Positions 40,651-53,594 of a stretch of DNA of 64,000 nt are shown piece after piece. Origin of the DNA: Vicugna vicugna. Lineage: Eukaryota. The notes under the pieces are model-generated. The model saw only the letters and a list, made by a program, of their open reading frames with translations. It was not told the DNA's origin and ran no database searches. Both the position numbers and the translations under genes were made by a program. Where the stretch lies: assembly GCA_013265495.1 (NCBI GenBank), contig MU058054.1, positions 372,001 to 436,000 on the forward strand, read 5' to 3'. Position 1 is the stretch's first letter. The number at the start of each line of letters is the position of its first letter.

Positions 40651-42239
40651 ACATTATTTAAAAGAACACTTCTAAGTAATGCTATACGAGGTTCCTTATC
40701 TTTTGAAAATCATTACCACGAATACAGAAATCCCTAGTGACTACCCATGGGAAAGAGAATGAATGACCAATGTGGGCAAGGAAGCTTAATTTCTAGAGAC
40801 ATTCATTTGTGTGGAGAGTCAGAGCTGGAGAAAAACCAACAACCCAGGCTCCTTAAACTAGCCTGTTTACTTCAGTTAATGGGCTAAGTCTTTTTTCTTC
40901 AAAAACACAAGTGTTCATAAGTTATGATCTACTACATCACTAGCATGTGATTAATGTTTTCATTTAAAGAACAATATTTAAAGGATTTAAAAACAGGAGC
41001 CAAGATGTAACTATGCTCCTACCACTAGCACTTGCTTAACATAAAGGCCTCCTTCCAGACACATTCGAGTAAGCAGTCCCAAAGCTCAGGGAGGAGCCCG
41101 CACACCCCAGTCCGCTCATTACCATGTGCTGCAATATAAAACCAGTTGGGGATGATTCCTTTCAAAATGACTTGGGTTGCTCAAACACTAACCAGCTCTT
41201 TCAAAAAACTGTGTGTGTTCCTCAAGGTAGCAAAGATAAAACTCACCATAACCTAAGGGTAAGCACCAACTGTGTAATCTCTGTAAAAGAGGTTGTTATG
41301 AAAGTCTGTGCACATTACATTTCTTCTACACACTTAAAATTAATCAGGTTAGTTTCCTATTGATAGTAATGCTTTCCAACAATCCTTTCTCTAAAGAATC
41401 ACTTTACCCAGCAAATGATCATTCCGTAATTTATTTCTGCTACGATTCCTAACCTTCATATACACTAATGTATTGTTTTAACGCTACCACCTTGACATTA
41501 AAATTCCTTCCCTAAGGAATTCAAAGGTTTTACTTCTACCATTTCACTTCGCTTTTCCCACTTAATAAATATAATAAAATAATTTGGAATATAATATAAA
41601 TGTTCTTATATCACTTTTGTCTTAAAATGTATACTGATCTTATTTAAAAAGTATTTGCAAATATATATAATATTTACTTGCCTACACTCTTTTGGATTAT
41701 CAACTGCTTATTTTCTTCCAAATTCCTTCTTTAAAAAGGATGCCCTTGCAGGGGACCTTCTTAGACCTTTTTTGGGCAGCTTCTTGTGGATCTACAATCA
41801 TTCCAAGATAAAAAGATTTTTAAGAGCGAATGCCTCTGCTATCCATGTAAGTTGTGAGTCCACACGTCCTTTCTCTAACTCTTCGTTAATGATAATATTT
41901 TATTTTCAGTATACTTTACAGTTAAAAAACCCTTTCTCCTTAAAGATGTCTTTTGATTTGATTACATCAGTTTGGTTTAGAAAGTGACCATTTTCTTGGC
42001 TAAGTCACACTGCTTTCACTCCCAATTACTTGTTTGCATTTTAGTCTCTTCAGTTCTAAAATATTTCGTATTTCCTAAAATTCCCCACTTTGAAGGAACA
42101 TGAAATAGTTGGCACATTTTAAGTACTTAGAATGGTGCCTGGTACAGAGTAAGTGCTTAATAAATATTCATCAGTATTACTATTACTACTATTATTGGGA
42201 TTTTCATAGCAAAATCTATTTTCAGGGATTCTCATTTTC

Positions 42240-42455
42240 TTTTTTTTTTAAATTTATTGAAGTATAGTTGACTTATAATGTTTCAGGTGTACAGGAAAGT
42301 GATTCAGTTATAAATACACACATATATATTCTTTTTCAGATTCTATTTCATTATAAGTTATTACAAGACATTGAATATAGTTCCCTGTGCTATAAGGTGG
42401 TCCCTGTTGTTTATCTATTTTATATACAGTAGTGTGTATCTGTTAATCCCAAAAT
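42240..42455 (-). mobile_element. Short LINE-1 3' end
   Basis: Poly-T followed by 'aatttattgaagtatagttgac...ttgaatatagttccctgtgctata...tttatctattttatata'. Confidence 0.85.
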
Positions 42456-42704
42456 CATTTGTTTTCTTTCTTATTCCATATACTTGACTTGCTTTTGTAC
42501 CTTATTAGTACGTCATACTTCCTTCTGTCACAACTCAGAGAATCCAGAATCGTGGTAACTCAAGGAACTTGAGTGACCATGTAGCTGTCCCTTCTTCGTA
42601 TGAGGAACCTGAGGCCCGGAGAGTAGGAGTCACCTGCCTTTCCAGGGTCACACAACGCGGCAGTCACTCAGCGGGACTGGATTGAAAATTTAAATAAAGC
42701 TTTA

Positions 42705-45700
42705 GAGGGAGGTGCCAAGATGGTGGAGTAGAGAGACTCACGCTTGCCCTCTCCCACAAGTACATCAAGAATTACAACTACAAACCCACTGAACCGCACA
42801 GAACACCTACTGAATGAACTCTGGCAGAGTGTCTCTCACTTCAATATACAGGAAGATTCTCATAGAATCCAGTAAGAGAAAAAAAGAAAAAAGAAAAAAC
42901 TGATGTGGGACCGGTTCTGCAGGGAGGCAGCGGCAAAGGATGAAAGGTGCCCTCACGCTGGGACTTCCCCCTCTTTAGCCGGGAGGTCAGCGGGGACCAA
43001 AGTGGAGCTTTGAAGGCTCGGAGGAGAAAGTGGCAGCCGCTTGGAGGATAGAACTGGCACGGAGGGTCCCTGCGATCCCCAGCCCTAGACATGAGTCGGC
43101 AGGGACAAGCTGGGACTGGCTGCTGGAGATCAGTGAGGAGCCCGGGGAGATGGCTGGGTCGCACTGCACAGAGGCAGCCTCAGGGGTTTGGAGGGCAGTG
43201 TGAGCTCCAGTGTGGCTGGGGTATGTGCGGTACAGAACTGCCTGGGACTCCCATAAAAAAGCGCCATTGTTGGTGTGCATGGTGGGGAGGGGAACAATGC
43301 AGCCACACCACAGCCCCTGTCTCTGCGTGGCTCCATTGTTGGTGTGCTCTCACGAGGAGAGAGGTGGGGCTCGGTCGCAGCCACAGCCTCTGCTGCGTGG
43401 AGGTGGGGCTGAAAGTTGAATCCATACCCAGTGGCCTTGCAACTTCACAGGCAAGACCGAGAATCTGTTCACAGCCCCAGGCAGAGAGGGTTCATTTGCT
43501 CTCTCTGGACCCTTTGTGGACCTGTGTCCCTGGGACGAACAGGCAGTGAGTGGAATTCTGGCACATGGTGGGGGCGAGTAGTTATTTACAACAGGCCAGC
43601 GTATGGTATGTGGAGGCAGGGCTGGAGTTCGCGCTGACCCTGTGGCACCATGGATTCAGCTGTGTGACTGCACACTCACTACGGTAGGTCTTAGCACCTG
43701 ACATTGGCAGATCTGTGCTGGTGGTTCCTGGGGCCAGGACCTGGGGGACACCAGAGTGGGTGGCTGACATTCCTGCAGCTAAGGTGGGGACAAAGGCAGC
43801 ATCAACAAAGAGTGCTAAGCCCATATAACACGTTGACAGAAAACAGCATGAGGGTACCTCCCAGTGGACATCTCCCGCGGAAGTATATTCAGTGACTCTT
43901 CTTCCCGGCTGAAGCTCTCCAACCCTGCCTACCACACACCACAGCTCAGAAATGGGTCTAGAGGCCTCTATTTCAGCAACAGGGGAGCAGACCCAGCCCC
44001 TGTCAAGGCTGTGACAACCACAGAACAAAGAAGGAGGCCCCACTCAACAACAATCAGGACAGGAACACCAACCACACCCCAAGCAAAGCGGTAACAGCCA
44101 ACACACATGGAAGACGTGGCAGCCATCCATACTAAGAACAGCCCTCGCAGCAAAACTATTCGACGCACACAGTCTACACAGGAACGCTCCCATTTTAAGT
44201 AAAAACAAACAAAAAATAAAACAGCCCTTCAAGCTACAGTAGGTAACTGATACTCCTAAATTCATAGAGTCAGAGAACTACAAGCAAAATGAAGAAGCAG
44301 AGAAACTACTCCCAATGAAAAGAACAACAGAAACTCCCTGAAAGAATGAACAATGAGAGACCTCAACAGTCTACTAGGTCATGACTTCAAAAGGGGCAAT
44401 AAAAGCACTGAAGGAAATAGGAGAGGCTATGAATAGAGACAAGACAGAGAATACTATAAAAAAAGGAAATAGAAACTATAAAGAGGAGCCAATTAAAAAC
44501 AGAAAACTCAACGGCTGAGATAAGAGCTGAGATAAAGATAGTCAAAAGCAGAGTAGATAACGCAGAGGAACAAATGAGTGACTTAGAAGACAGGATCACA
44601 GAAGTCACCCAAGCAGAACAGCAGACAGAAAAGCAAGTAAAAACCAATGAAAGCAATATAAGGGACAGATGGGATAATATAGAGTGCCAACCTATACATA
44701 ATATGGGTCCCAGAAGGAGAAGAAAGCAAAGGGGATTGAAAAGGTATTTGAAGAAATCATGACTAAAAACTTTCCAAACCTAAGGAAGGAAACAGATATC
44801 CAAGTATAGGAAGCACAGAGGGTCCCAAACAAGAAGAACCCAAACAGACCTACATCAAGACATACTATAATTAAGATGGTCAAAGTTAAAGACAAAGAAA
44901 TGATTCTAAAGGCAGCAAAAGAAAAACTAAAAAGTAGTTATAAGGGAATCCCCATAAGGCTTTCTACTGATTTCTCTACAAAACACTGCTGGCCAGAAGG
45001 GAGTGGCAAGATGTATTCAAAGTCCTGAATGAGAAAAAGCTGCAACCTAGGATACTTTATCCAACAAGACTATCCTTTAGAGTAGCAGAGATAAATAATT
45101 TCACAGGCAAGCAAAAACTAAAAGAATTCAGCAATATTAAACTTATCCTAAAAGAAATATTGAAAGGTCTACTCTAAATAGAAAAGAAGCAGGAAGCTAC
45201 AGAAACAAGAAAACCATAACTGGAAATGTTAGTTGCAAGAGAATAAATAAGACGATATTAAAAAAAAAAAGGACATCAAAATCATAAAAGGTGGGAGAGG
45301 GGAGCAAGAAAATATAGATTTTTCACTCTCTCTTTTTTTCTTTTTTTTTTTCTTCGTTCTTTTTAGGATGTGTTTGAGCATGTGTTGTATGACTACAAGT
45401 CTAAAGCAAACAGATCTAGTAAGCGGTTAACACTCTTGAAAAACAGGGTAACCACAAGTCAAAAGTATACAACTGAGTCACCAAAACCAAAAAGAGACCA
45501 AGCTAATGCAAAAGAAAATTATCAAACCAGAAAAATACCACATGATATCACTTATATGTGGAATCTAAAAAAGAGACAAACAAACTTATTTACAAAACAG
45601 AAACAGACTTACAGACATAGAAAACAAACTTATGGTTACCAAGGGGGAAGGGGGTGGGAAGGGATAAATTGGGAGTTTAAGATTTGCAGATACTAATATA

Positions 45701-45952
45701 TATATATATATATAAAGTAGATAAACAATAAGGTCATACTGTAGAGCACGGGGAACTATATTCAGTATCTTGTAGTAATTTACGGTGAAAAAGAATATGA
45801 AAACAAATATATGTATGTTCATGTATGACTGAAGCATTGTGCTGGACACCAGAAACTGGCACAATATTGTAAACTGATGATACTTCAATAAAAACATATA
45901 AATAAATAAATAAATGAATGAATGAATGAATGAATGAAGCAAGCAAGTAAGC
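42705..45952 (+). mobile_element. LINE-1 with GC-rich 5'UTR, disabled ORF1, inter-ORF region and 3' end, lacking almost all of ORF2
   Basis: Starts gagggaggtgccaagatggtgg (YY1-like). The ORF1 remnant runs from ATG 44289 to TAA 45175-45177 (..KEILKGLL*; MSDLEDRITEVTQAEQQ in ORF 44574..44762). At ~45529 it jumps to the ORF2 end and 3'UTR, then an A-rich/microsatellite tail. Flanking aagcttta at 42697-42704 and 45953-45960. Confidence 0.88.
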
Positions 45953-46409
45953 AAGCTTTATTTCTTCTCAGAAATTGAGTTTTTAAAATTGTCCAAGTTG
46001 GGCCAAGTCAGTGCTGCACATCTGCAGTTATTTAATAGTATCTGAGGGAAACATGGCTTAACTAAGGGAAGAAAAATCTGTCCCATTTTGAGAAGCTTCA
46101 AATTTCTGGCCAAGGACAACAGCAACCTTTGAGTTTCTCTCTCACTCTCTTCTTTCCTCTTTCTCTTTCTAACATTGCAGATGTCCCTCTAACCAGGAGG
46201 GATTCTATTTTTCAGCCCGCCAAGCTAGTGAGCTGTGAGGCCAAACCCAGGGAGGATTTTTATGAGCTACGGTGATAATGACAGAATCAACAAGTCCCCA
46301 TGAAAGAACGGTTGTCTCTTTTGGCAGGAAAACTTCTTTCTAGAGTAGAGCTTCAATTGCCCTACTAATAAGTAAAAGAATGCCTTATTTCTCATCCTTT
46401 TTTAAGAAA

Positions 46410-47020
46410 GTCTAATATACTGAGGTATACTTTACAGCACAATTCACCCTTTCTAGCTGTATATGTCTATGTTTTCTAACAAACGTGTACAGTCATATAA
46501 CCAACACCAAGATCAAGATAGAGAACATTTCCACCATCTCCCAACATCCCCTCACAGCTTTACAGTCAACCCTTCCTCTACCCCTTTTGACAACTGCTGA
46601 TGTAGTTTCCATCCTTACAGTTTTGCCTTTACCAGAATGTCATGTAAGTGGAGTGACAAAATAGGTAGCCCTTTGAGCCTGGCTTCCTTCATTTAGCATA
46701 AAGTATTTGCGATGCATCCACGCCACTGCAAGAATCAGCAGTTTGCCCCCTATTATTGGTGAGTAGTATCCTATGGATGGACGTACCACAATTTGTTTAT
46801 TCATTCACCAGTTGAAAGACACTTGAGTTGTTTCCAGCTTGGGGTCATTATGAATAAAACCACATGGAGTGGGACTGCTAAATCATGTAGTAGGATCGTG
46901 CCAAGCTGGCTGCCAATGTTGCTAGACCGTTTTATTTTCCCACCAGCAATGTATGAGAGTTCAGCTGCTCTGTACCTCTTGTCAGCATTTGGTATTTTCA
47001 GTTTTTTCATTAATTTTAGT
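46410..47020 (-). mobile_element. Old L1M 3' fragment
   Basis: Sequence 'accaagatcaagatagagaacatttccacc...ttttgcctttaccagaatgtcatgtaagtggag...ttcattcaccagttgaaagacacttgagttgtttccag'. Confidence 0.8.
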
Positions 47021-47089
47021 GAAAGTCTCTCTTTTAACAGAAAAAATGTAGCAAGAAATATTTTTAGTACACTGAACTATGGCTGAAAG

Positions 47090-47700
47090 TTTAAGCAACC
47101 TTGACTCCTCTCTTCCTCTTAAAACCCACAAGCAATCCATCAGGAAATTCTGACTCTACATTTAAAACATATCCAGAAACTAACCACTTCTCCCCATCTT
47201 CATGACTGTCTCCCTGACCTAAGCCTCTGTAACTCTCCTGAATTAACAGCTGATTCTACCCTTACCCCTGCCCTCAGCCTGAGACACTGGCCTCCTTGCT
47301 GTTCCACGAACACTCCACACACATCCTACCCGGCGTCTTCTGCTCTGTTCCGTCATACACTGACCTGACCAGGACCTCTTCTCTTTTAAGCCTTTGCTCC
47401 AACTTCATGTTCTCTATGAGGCTCATCTGATGAACATGACAACCTGCCTTTGCCTCCTCTAAGCCTGGTCCACTTTTTCTTTTCTCCATATTAATAACCA
47501 CCTTCTAACACACACCGTATTTACATTTTTATATTTATTATTTATGGACAATTTCCTAACCCTGCCCCACCCCAGTTGGAGTATAGTTTCCACGAGTGTC
47601 AGAATCTTTCCTTTTATGTCTGTCAATGCATTCCAACTATCTAATCCAGGGCCTGGAACCCAGAAGGGGTACAACAAACAGCTGTCCAGTGAACAAACTA
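47090..47700 (+). mobile_element. L2 LINE fragment
   Basis: 'caatccatcaggaaattctgactctacatttaaaacatatccagaaactaaccacttctcc' plus an L2-like 3' end. Confidence 0.65.
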
Positions 47701-50700
47701 ACAACACTGGCTTTGGCATCTACGGTAGCACCAAAGATCTGTGTGAAGCCACATTTATAAAAGAAAAAGAGCCAGGGGCAGAAAATAAAATTTCTAACAT
47801 GTTTTTTGAAGCCATAAGACTTAGGTTCTCTAAACAAATCTATTTGGGCAGCAGTGCCATCAAAATAGTATGAAAAAACGTAAATATATACATAACATAA
47901 AATACCCAAAAGCTCTCCTATTAGAGAAAACAAATGAAACTAACTAGGTTCATATGTACAGAAAATATCCTGGGACATCAACTATCTAGATTTTTTTCTT
48001 TCTATAAACTTCTCCATCTGTGTAAGACTGCCCCAGCCTGATTGCCAATTTTATTTTCTTAATCTGAGTTCTCTTCTCATTACCCTTCCATTTCTATTTT
48101 TTCATCCTCAGGGAAAGAGAGAGCAGTTCCTGCCAGGGCATTCTCACACCTCCCGAAGAAATGGCCCAGGTGTTAATCTTGCATTTATGTTTGATGTGGG
48201 TAATGACGGCTGTGACTGGAGCTGTAGGCTTATTAATATGCAGGGCTCTCACCTCATTAGTGGCGACGTATGTTTTGAAGTGAAGCTGCAACGTCTGCTG
48301 CAATGTCGGGTCTGGCCTAACAGACTTCCTCACTGTTCACGTCCTCTGTTTTCACCCAGTCAGTACACACTATGCTTACAGAGCTCAAATGTGCACTTTT
48401 TAATAAAGACGGGTTTTCCACAGTAGCTGATCTTGGTGGAAGTTTCAAAGAGTTTCAACAATTTTGTCCTCAGGTGATGTCACATGTTTATCTTGGAGAA
48501 AAGATTTGCATAATTTTTGGAGGTAATACAAATGATAATAAACTTCCCTGGCTTGATTTGGGAGTGGGGTATGTTTATGAACAGCATAAAGTGGTTAATT
48601 CTAAGAATAGTTACTATATAATTAAAACATACCTGTATTATTAGTATCTGATAGTTTATAAAGTACTTTCATATATATCATCTCAATCAAATCTTAAAAA
48701 GACCCACTTAAACAGCAGTGAAACCTGATTGAATATAATATTTGATGATCCATTATGAATGGCAACTGATGCACATCAATTTCTAAAAAATTTCCAGTTG
48801 ACATAACACACAAATAAACTGACCGAGACCAGTCCCAGACTAACAAGCCTCGCGGGGTGGACGGGTGTCCTGTCACTGCTTGTTGCTCAGATTTCATTCT
48901 ACTCCCTGGTCCTCACCGGGTCTAAGCTCTAGGAAAGGCTCGATTGCCAACAGCTTGTCTGAAAGTCATTAACCACATTTTATGAATTCCACCATATACT
49001 GTTTTTATATATAGTATCTGTTTTATGCTACAAATTCAGGGCCGCTGTGTTTCAAGGAAGCCACCTAAATGTGACAAACAGTTTGTTTTATTTTCTCATT
49101 AGGTAACTGAGTATTTTTTCATTTCTTAATCTTCTAAAATTTGTGTTCATGAGTACAAGACCCTGATTTTTAGGGGAAGCATTTGGGAGGGAAGAAAATG
49201 AAGATCAGAGGAAAACACAAGCACTTAGACTGAGACAAAGGAGAAAGAGGCCTAGATCACTCATTAGTGTTTCTCTTTCCCCGTCTTCTTTTCACGCTGT
49301 CTTCTCAGAGCCTCATACCAGGCTCCCCCTCCTGCACAAGGACCACTGTCTTTGATTTGACAATGTGACACATATTCAGCTAGAACTCCCATCATCATTC
49401 ATTTCGAGAAAGGAAAAATGAGGATATGTGCTTTTAAGAAGATAAGCAATGAGCTTGCACAGTAAAAGTGTATAAACAAGTATATTACCTATTTAATTGC
49501 CTTAGCTGAAGTTAAAAGCTCTGATCTTTAATTGCCTGATTGAACTGATCTAAAAAGCTACAATTTTTTAATCAAGGAGAAAATTAAATAGCTTTTTGGT
49601 AAATAAAAGGCATCTTTAATCTTATTTTTATGAAATTCAAGTTATTAAATATGGACAAAAACCTCTAAAATATTAAGTTAACAACTACTCAATCTAGAGT
49701 GAATTTCTCATTCCAAAGCTTTATAAAAGTCTTCAGGGACACCTGGCTTTGCCCACTCTTCAATAAAAACACATGCTTTTAAATCCAGAAGGTAAAAGTT
49801 TCCACAAATAAAAAGGAAACTCAAAAGCTAAACATGTGTATTTAGCGAGGTATATTACCACAGCATATTATTTCTATAGTTGAGGACCCACAGTTACTGG
49901 GGAAAAACTGCTCATGTGGACTGTTATTACTCGTCAGTCCTTCCATCTACCCAGATACAGGTGCACATTCACTCAGTGGTGCTTATTTAAAACTGAAATC
50001 CTTTCAGAGGGCTGGCTGGCCCGCTCCCAGCATCCTCACTCAGCCTCCACAGATGCCCCCTTCCCTTACAGTGGTTGCTCTCTGTAGGAAGTGGGCTGGC
50101 CAGCACAGACTGAAAAGGGAAACACAGGCTTGGGATTCCTTCTTGAAACCTCTATATCCTCTGTCAGTCAAAGCACCGAGGCCCTCAGCACATCACGGAT
50201 CAGAGAACCCTTTCTTAGCCCGAAGTGCACGCAGAGCTGGGGAGGTGGACCCACCCTGCAGAGCGGTTCTGGTCAACCACACGTGCCCACCATGGTCACA
50301 GGGTGGTGGTACTGGGACTGTGACCAACACTGTAGACTTTATTTTTAGATCCACACACAAATCCACTTGAAACACATCTATCAAGATTTCATTTTGAGTG
50401 AAAAATTCAATTATTCCTCTAAAACAGAGAGTAGAAGTAAAACTAATGATTTTTAAAGAAGAAAAACAAAGATGACTGCAGAATAACTGGACAGGATCAC
50501 CCTCTCCGCCGCAGTTCTTAGTGCTAGTAGGAGTCTGCACAGAAAGATATAGCTAGTGAGAATTCACTGTAAGTCAAAAATGTGCCACATGCCCGCAGTA
50601 TAGGACGATCCTGAGGAACACCTTAATTATACACCATTCTATAACATTTGCATTTCCATAGCAAGGGCCTTTTAATGAAGGCTCTGCTACTGAGAACTGA

Positions 50701-51993
50701 TGATTTCCTTGAGTACCTTTGTCAAATGGATAGCAGATGTCCATAAAAATCAATAAAATGACAAGGCCGGACCACTGTGTTAATTCCTGTTAAAACGGCC
50801 ATCACCACTTTATGGGCTGGTGATGTGGGGAGGTGGGCGTACAGGGAATGAAAGCCATATAAGTCGTGTTATGTTAAATATCATTCTCTCTTCATCTTGG
50901 GGGAGAAAATGCTCCCTTTTTCTCTCCTCCAAGAGAGATTTATCCCCAAGAAGAATACGAACACACTGGGCTCACTCACCCCACATTTTGTACCAACTAT
51001 ACACTCTACAGCTTTAAAGAAAAACTTGCTTTATGATTCCATTTAATCAGCATAAATGCCTTCCAGAGCTGAACTGAAAGTTTTACTTGTCAGAATCGAC
51101 ACATCCTCTTCAGAAGAGGAAGAATTATTTAAGAAGAAATTTGGAATCACTGGGATATTAAAACCACCATAACAAAACACAAGCCAAGTGACAGATGTGG
51201 TACTACAACTGAAGACATCAGTTATCTTCTCGCTCTCATAACTTGAATCTTTTGGAAAAAAAAAACATAAAAACCTTTCCTTTAATCACATCTAATGCGT
51301 ATGCCGTTGCATTTCCCCGAACGTGCATAAAGCCAGGCTGAGCAGATGTGTAAGACTAAGCAGTACTGCTAGTAACATTAGGCCAACTTGGAGTTGCTTT
51401 GTTACATAGTCTGTTTCTCACTTAATTACTTGCTCCAAATGGATTCAGACATTTTGGGAATAATAAAAAAAATGCAAAGGGAGGTTCCTTTTGCAACATT
51501 CAATAGTTATCTGATTATTCTTCTCATGTGTTCTGTTAATAGGCTAGGAGACTAATTTCTGATGCAGTCACCAATTCCTTCTTTAAAGTTTTACTTTCAA
51601 AGTAAATTATTAAGTAATCTCTTAAGGAGCAGCATATAAGGATATTTGAAATGTTAATAAAAGGAAGGGACGCAATTGTACAGATAGTGAAGGTTTTGCA
51701 TTAACTAGAGTTAACTAAGAAAAATAAGATTCTGTCATTTTCAAATACTATGAAATACCATTTTACATGTTTTGCAAACATTATTTACCAAAATGCAATA
51801 TCAAGTTTATAATCTAAATCAGAGCAATTAAGGGCAAAAACCTTTTAAAATAACATTTATAAAGCAGCCATCTTCTGACTATCAAATATATCACCTGACT
51901 TAAATATTAGATCATTTATTCACTTTAAAAATCAGCGTATCCAGAAAGCTCCCCATCTCATCCCAAATTAAGTTAGAGCTTGTAAGTACATAC

Positions 51994-52042
51994 CTCTATG
52001 TAAAATCTTTAAACTCCACAAATAAGTAAGGCCTTTAACAAC
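51994..52042 (-). CDS. MAP2K5: MAP2K5 coding exon, 49 nt, phase 0 to 1: VVKGLTYLWSLKILHR(D)
   Basis: Minus strand reads ttctcgaatttag|GTT GTT AAA GGC CTT ACT TAT TTG TGG AGT TTA AAG ATT TTA CAT AGA G|gtatgt. It supplies the HR of the HRD motif and is too short for the ORF track. Confidence 0.97.
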
Positions 52043-52609
52043 CTAAATTCGAGAAAGAGAAAACAGGACAATGATGGTTTTTATAAGGAACTTTCCACAT
52101 TTAAACATATAATCATATCAACTATAATTCTTCCTTCAAAAGTCGGTTAACCAATAAGCACTTATTGAACACCTCCCATTTCTGTGCCAGGCTCTGTGGG
52201 GATGCTGGACGTATAAGCTACAGGTTCCTTCCTTTAATGAGCTTACCATGTTCTCAAGCTAAGGCGTGGTGAAAGAGTGAAGTAAGTATATGTGCATATA
52301 AAATGACCTGGCAAGTTCTTTGACTGAGTTCTTAGCGGATGGTATGTATGGCTGGAAAGGAGAGGGGCAGGAAAAAGGGGCAAAGATTTTCGCTTTTTAT
52401 TTTTCTACACTTCTGTATGTGAAAAGAGAATTTAAGTCGTGACATTTATGACCAAGGAGAGACATTTCTAAAAAGTTAACTAATGAAGGCAACTGGTGAA
52501 CTAAAAACTGCTTTCCCTGATAGGAGTCAGAAAGCCTTTGCCAGAGTGCCAGGCCTTGAGGAACAGGGTTAACTGATGTGAAGAAAAGTGAAAAAAGCAT
52601 TCAGTCCAA

Positions 52610-53140
52610 GGTAAAAACACATACATGATCAGAGTGTTGGGGCAGTGTACTCTTCAAAAACACCAAGGTCACGGAAGACAAAGAAACACGGAAACACTGT
52701 TGGAGGTTAACAGAAACTAAAGGGACGTGACGACTAAATGCAGTGTATAATCCTAGACTGGATGCTGGATGAGAACTTTTTTCTTTTGGTCTATAAAGGG
52801 TATTACTGGACAACTGGCAAAATCTGAATAAGGACTGGTGATAAGATAGTAACACTGCACCAGTGCTAATTTTCTAGTTTTGATCAACCTAAAGTGATGA
52901 GGTAAGAGAATGTCTCTGTGCTTAGGAAATATACATCTGAAGTATTTAGGAGTAAAGGGTCATGATATCTACAACTTGTTTAAAATGTTTCAGGAAAAAT
53001 AGGTGTATATATATTTTTAATCAAACGTGCTTAATTGTTCACAATTGGGGAATCTGGGTGAAGCATCTGTGGGAATTCTTACTGTTCTTCTCACAACTTT
53101 TCTCTACGTTTAAAGCAACCTTGAAATAAAAAGTTTCCCC
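52610..53140 (+). mobile_element. L1MC-like 3' fragment
   Basis: Sequence 'gacgtgacgactaaatgcagtgtataatcctagactggatgctgg...aggaaatatacatctgaagtatttaggagtaaagggtcatgatatct...ggggaatctgggtgaag'. Confidence 0.7.
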
Positions 53141-53448
53141 CGAAATGTTTTAAATGACACTGGGGTAGGAAAGAACAAAGTGTACCAAGACAATGATCTT
53201 CAGTCTGGCTCATGAAAGCATATGTGTGAGGTCATGTCGACAATACTGAAGGGGCAAGTGAGGGAAATACAATGAGGAAACACAGACATCTGAGTTAGGT
53301 TTTGGATTTCTGAATTTAACAGGCTGAGTTAAGAATAATTACTCAAATAAGATACAGAAAAGATGATGTTTCCAAGACCCTAAGTACATGGGTTACAAGT
53401 GCTACCTTCTGGGTGAGAGATTAAATTATTAAAAGCTTTAAAAATCTC

Positions 53449-53594
53449 GGGGGGAAGGTACAGGTCAGTGGTAGAGCACATGCCTAGCATGCCCAAGGTC
53501 CGGGGTTCAATCCCCAGTACTTTCACCAAAATAAATAAACAAACCTAATTACTTCCCCCCAAAACAAAAAAGGAAACAAAAAAATTTAAAAAAA
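53449..53594 (+). mobile_element. tRNA-derived SINE (vic-1-like)
   Basis: ggggggaaggtacaggtcagtggtagagcacatgcctagcatg...ggttcaatccccagtac, then aaataaataaacaaacctaattac and an A tail. TSD taaaaatct at 53439-53447 and 53595-53603. Confidence 0.85.

Noticed and set aside
42841..44265. Cluster of 70-150 aa ORFs on both strands (possible ORF0-like)
   Set aside because: They fall in the GC-rich L1 5'UTR where stop codons are rare, most use non-ATG starts, and nothing supports translation.
53449..53520. tRNA gene-like A and B boxes (also at 4.7, 10.3, 29.3 and 59.4 kb)
   Set aside because: These are SINE heads followed by A-rich tails and TSDs, not functional tRNA genes.
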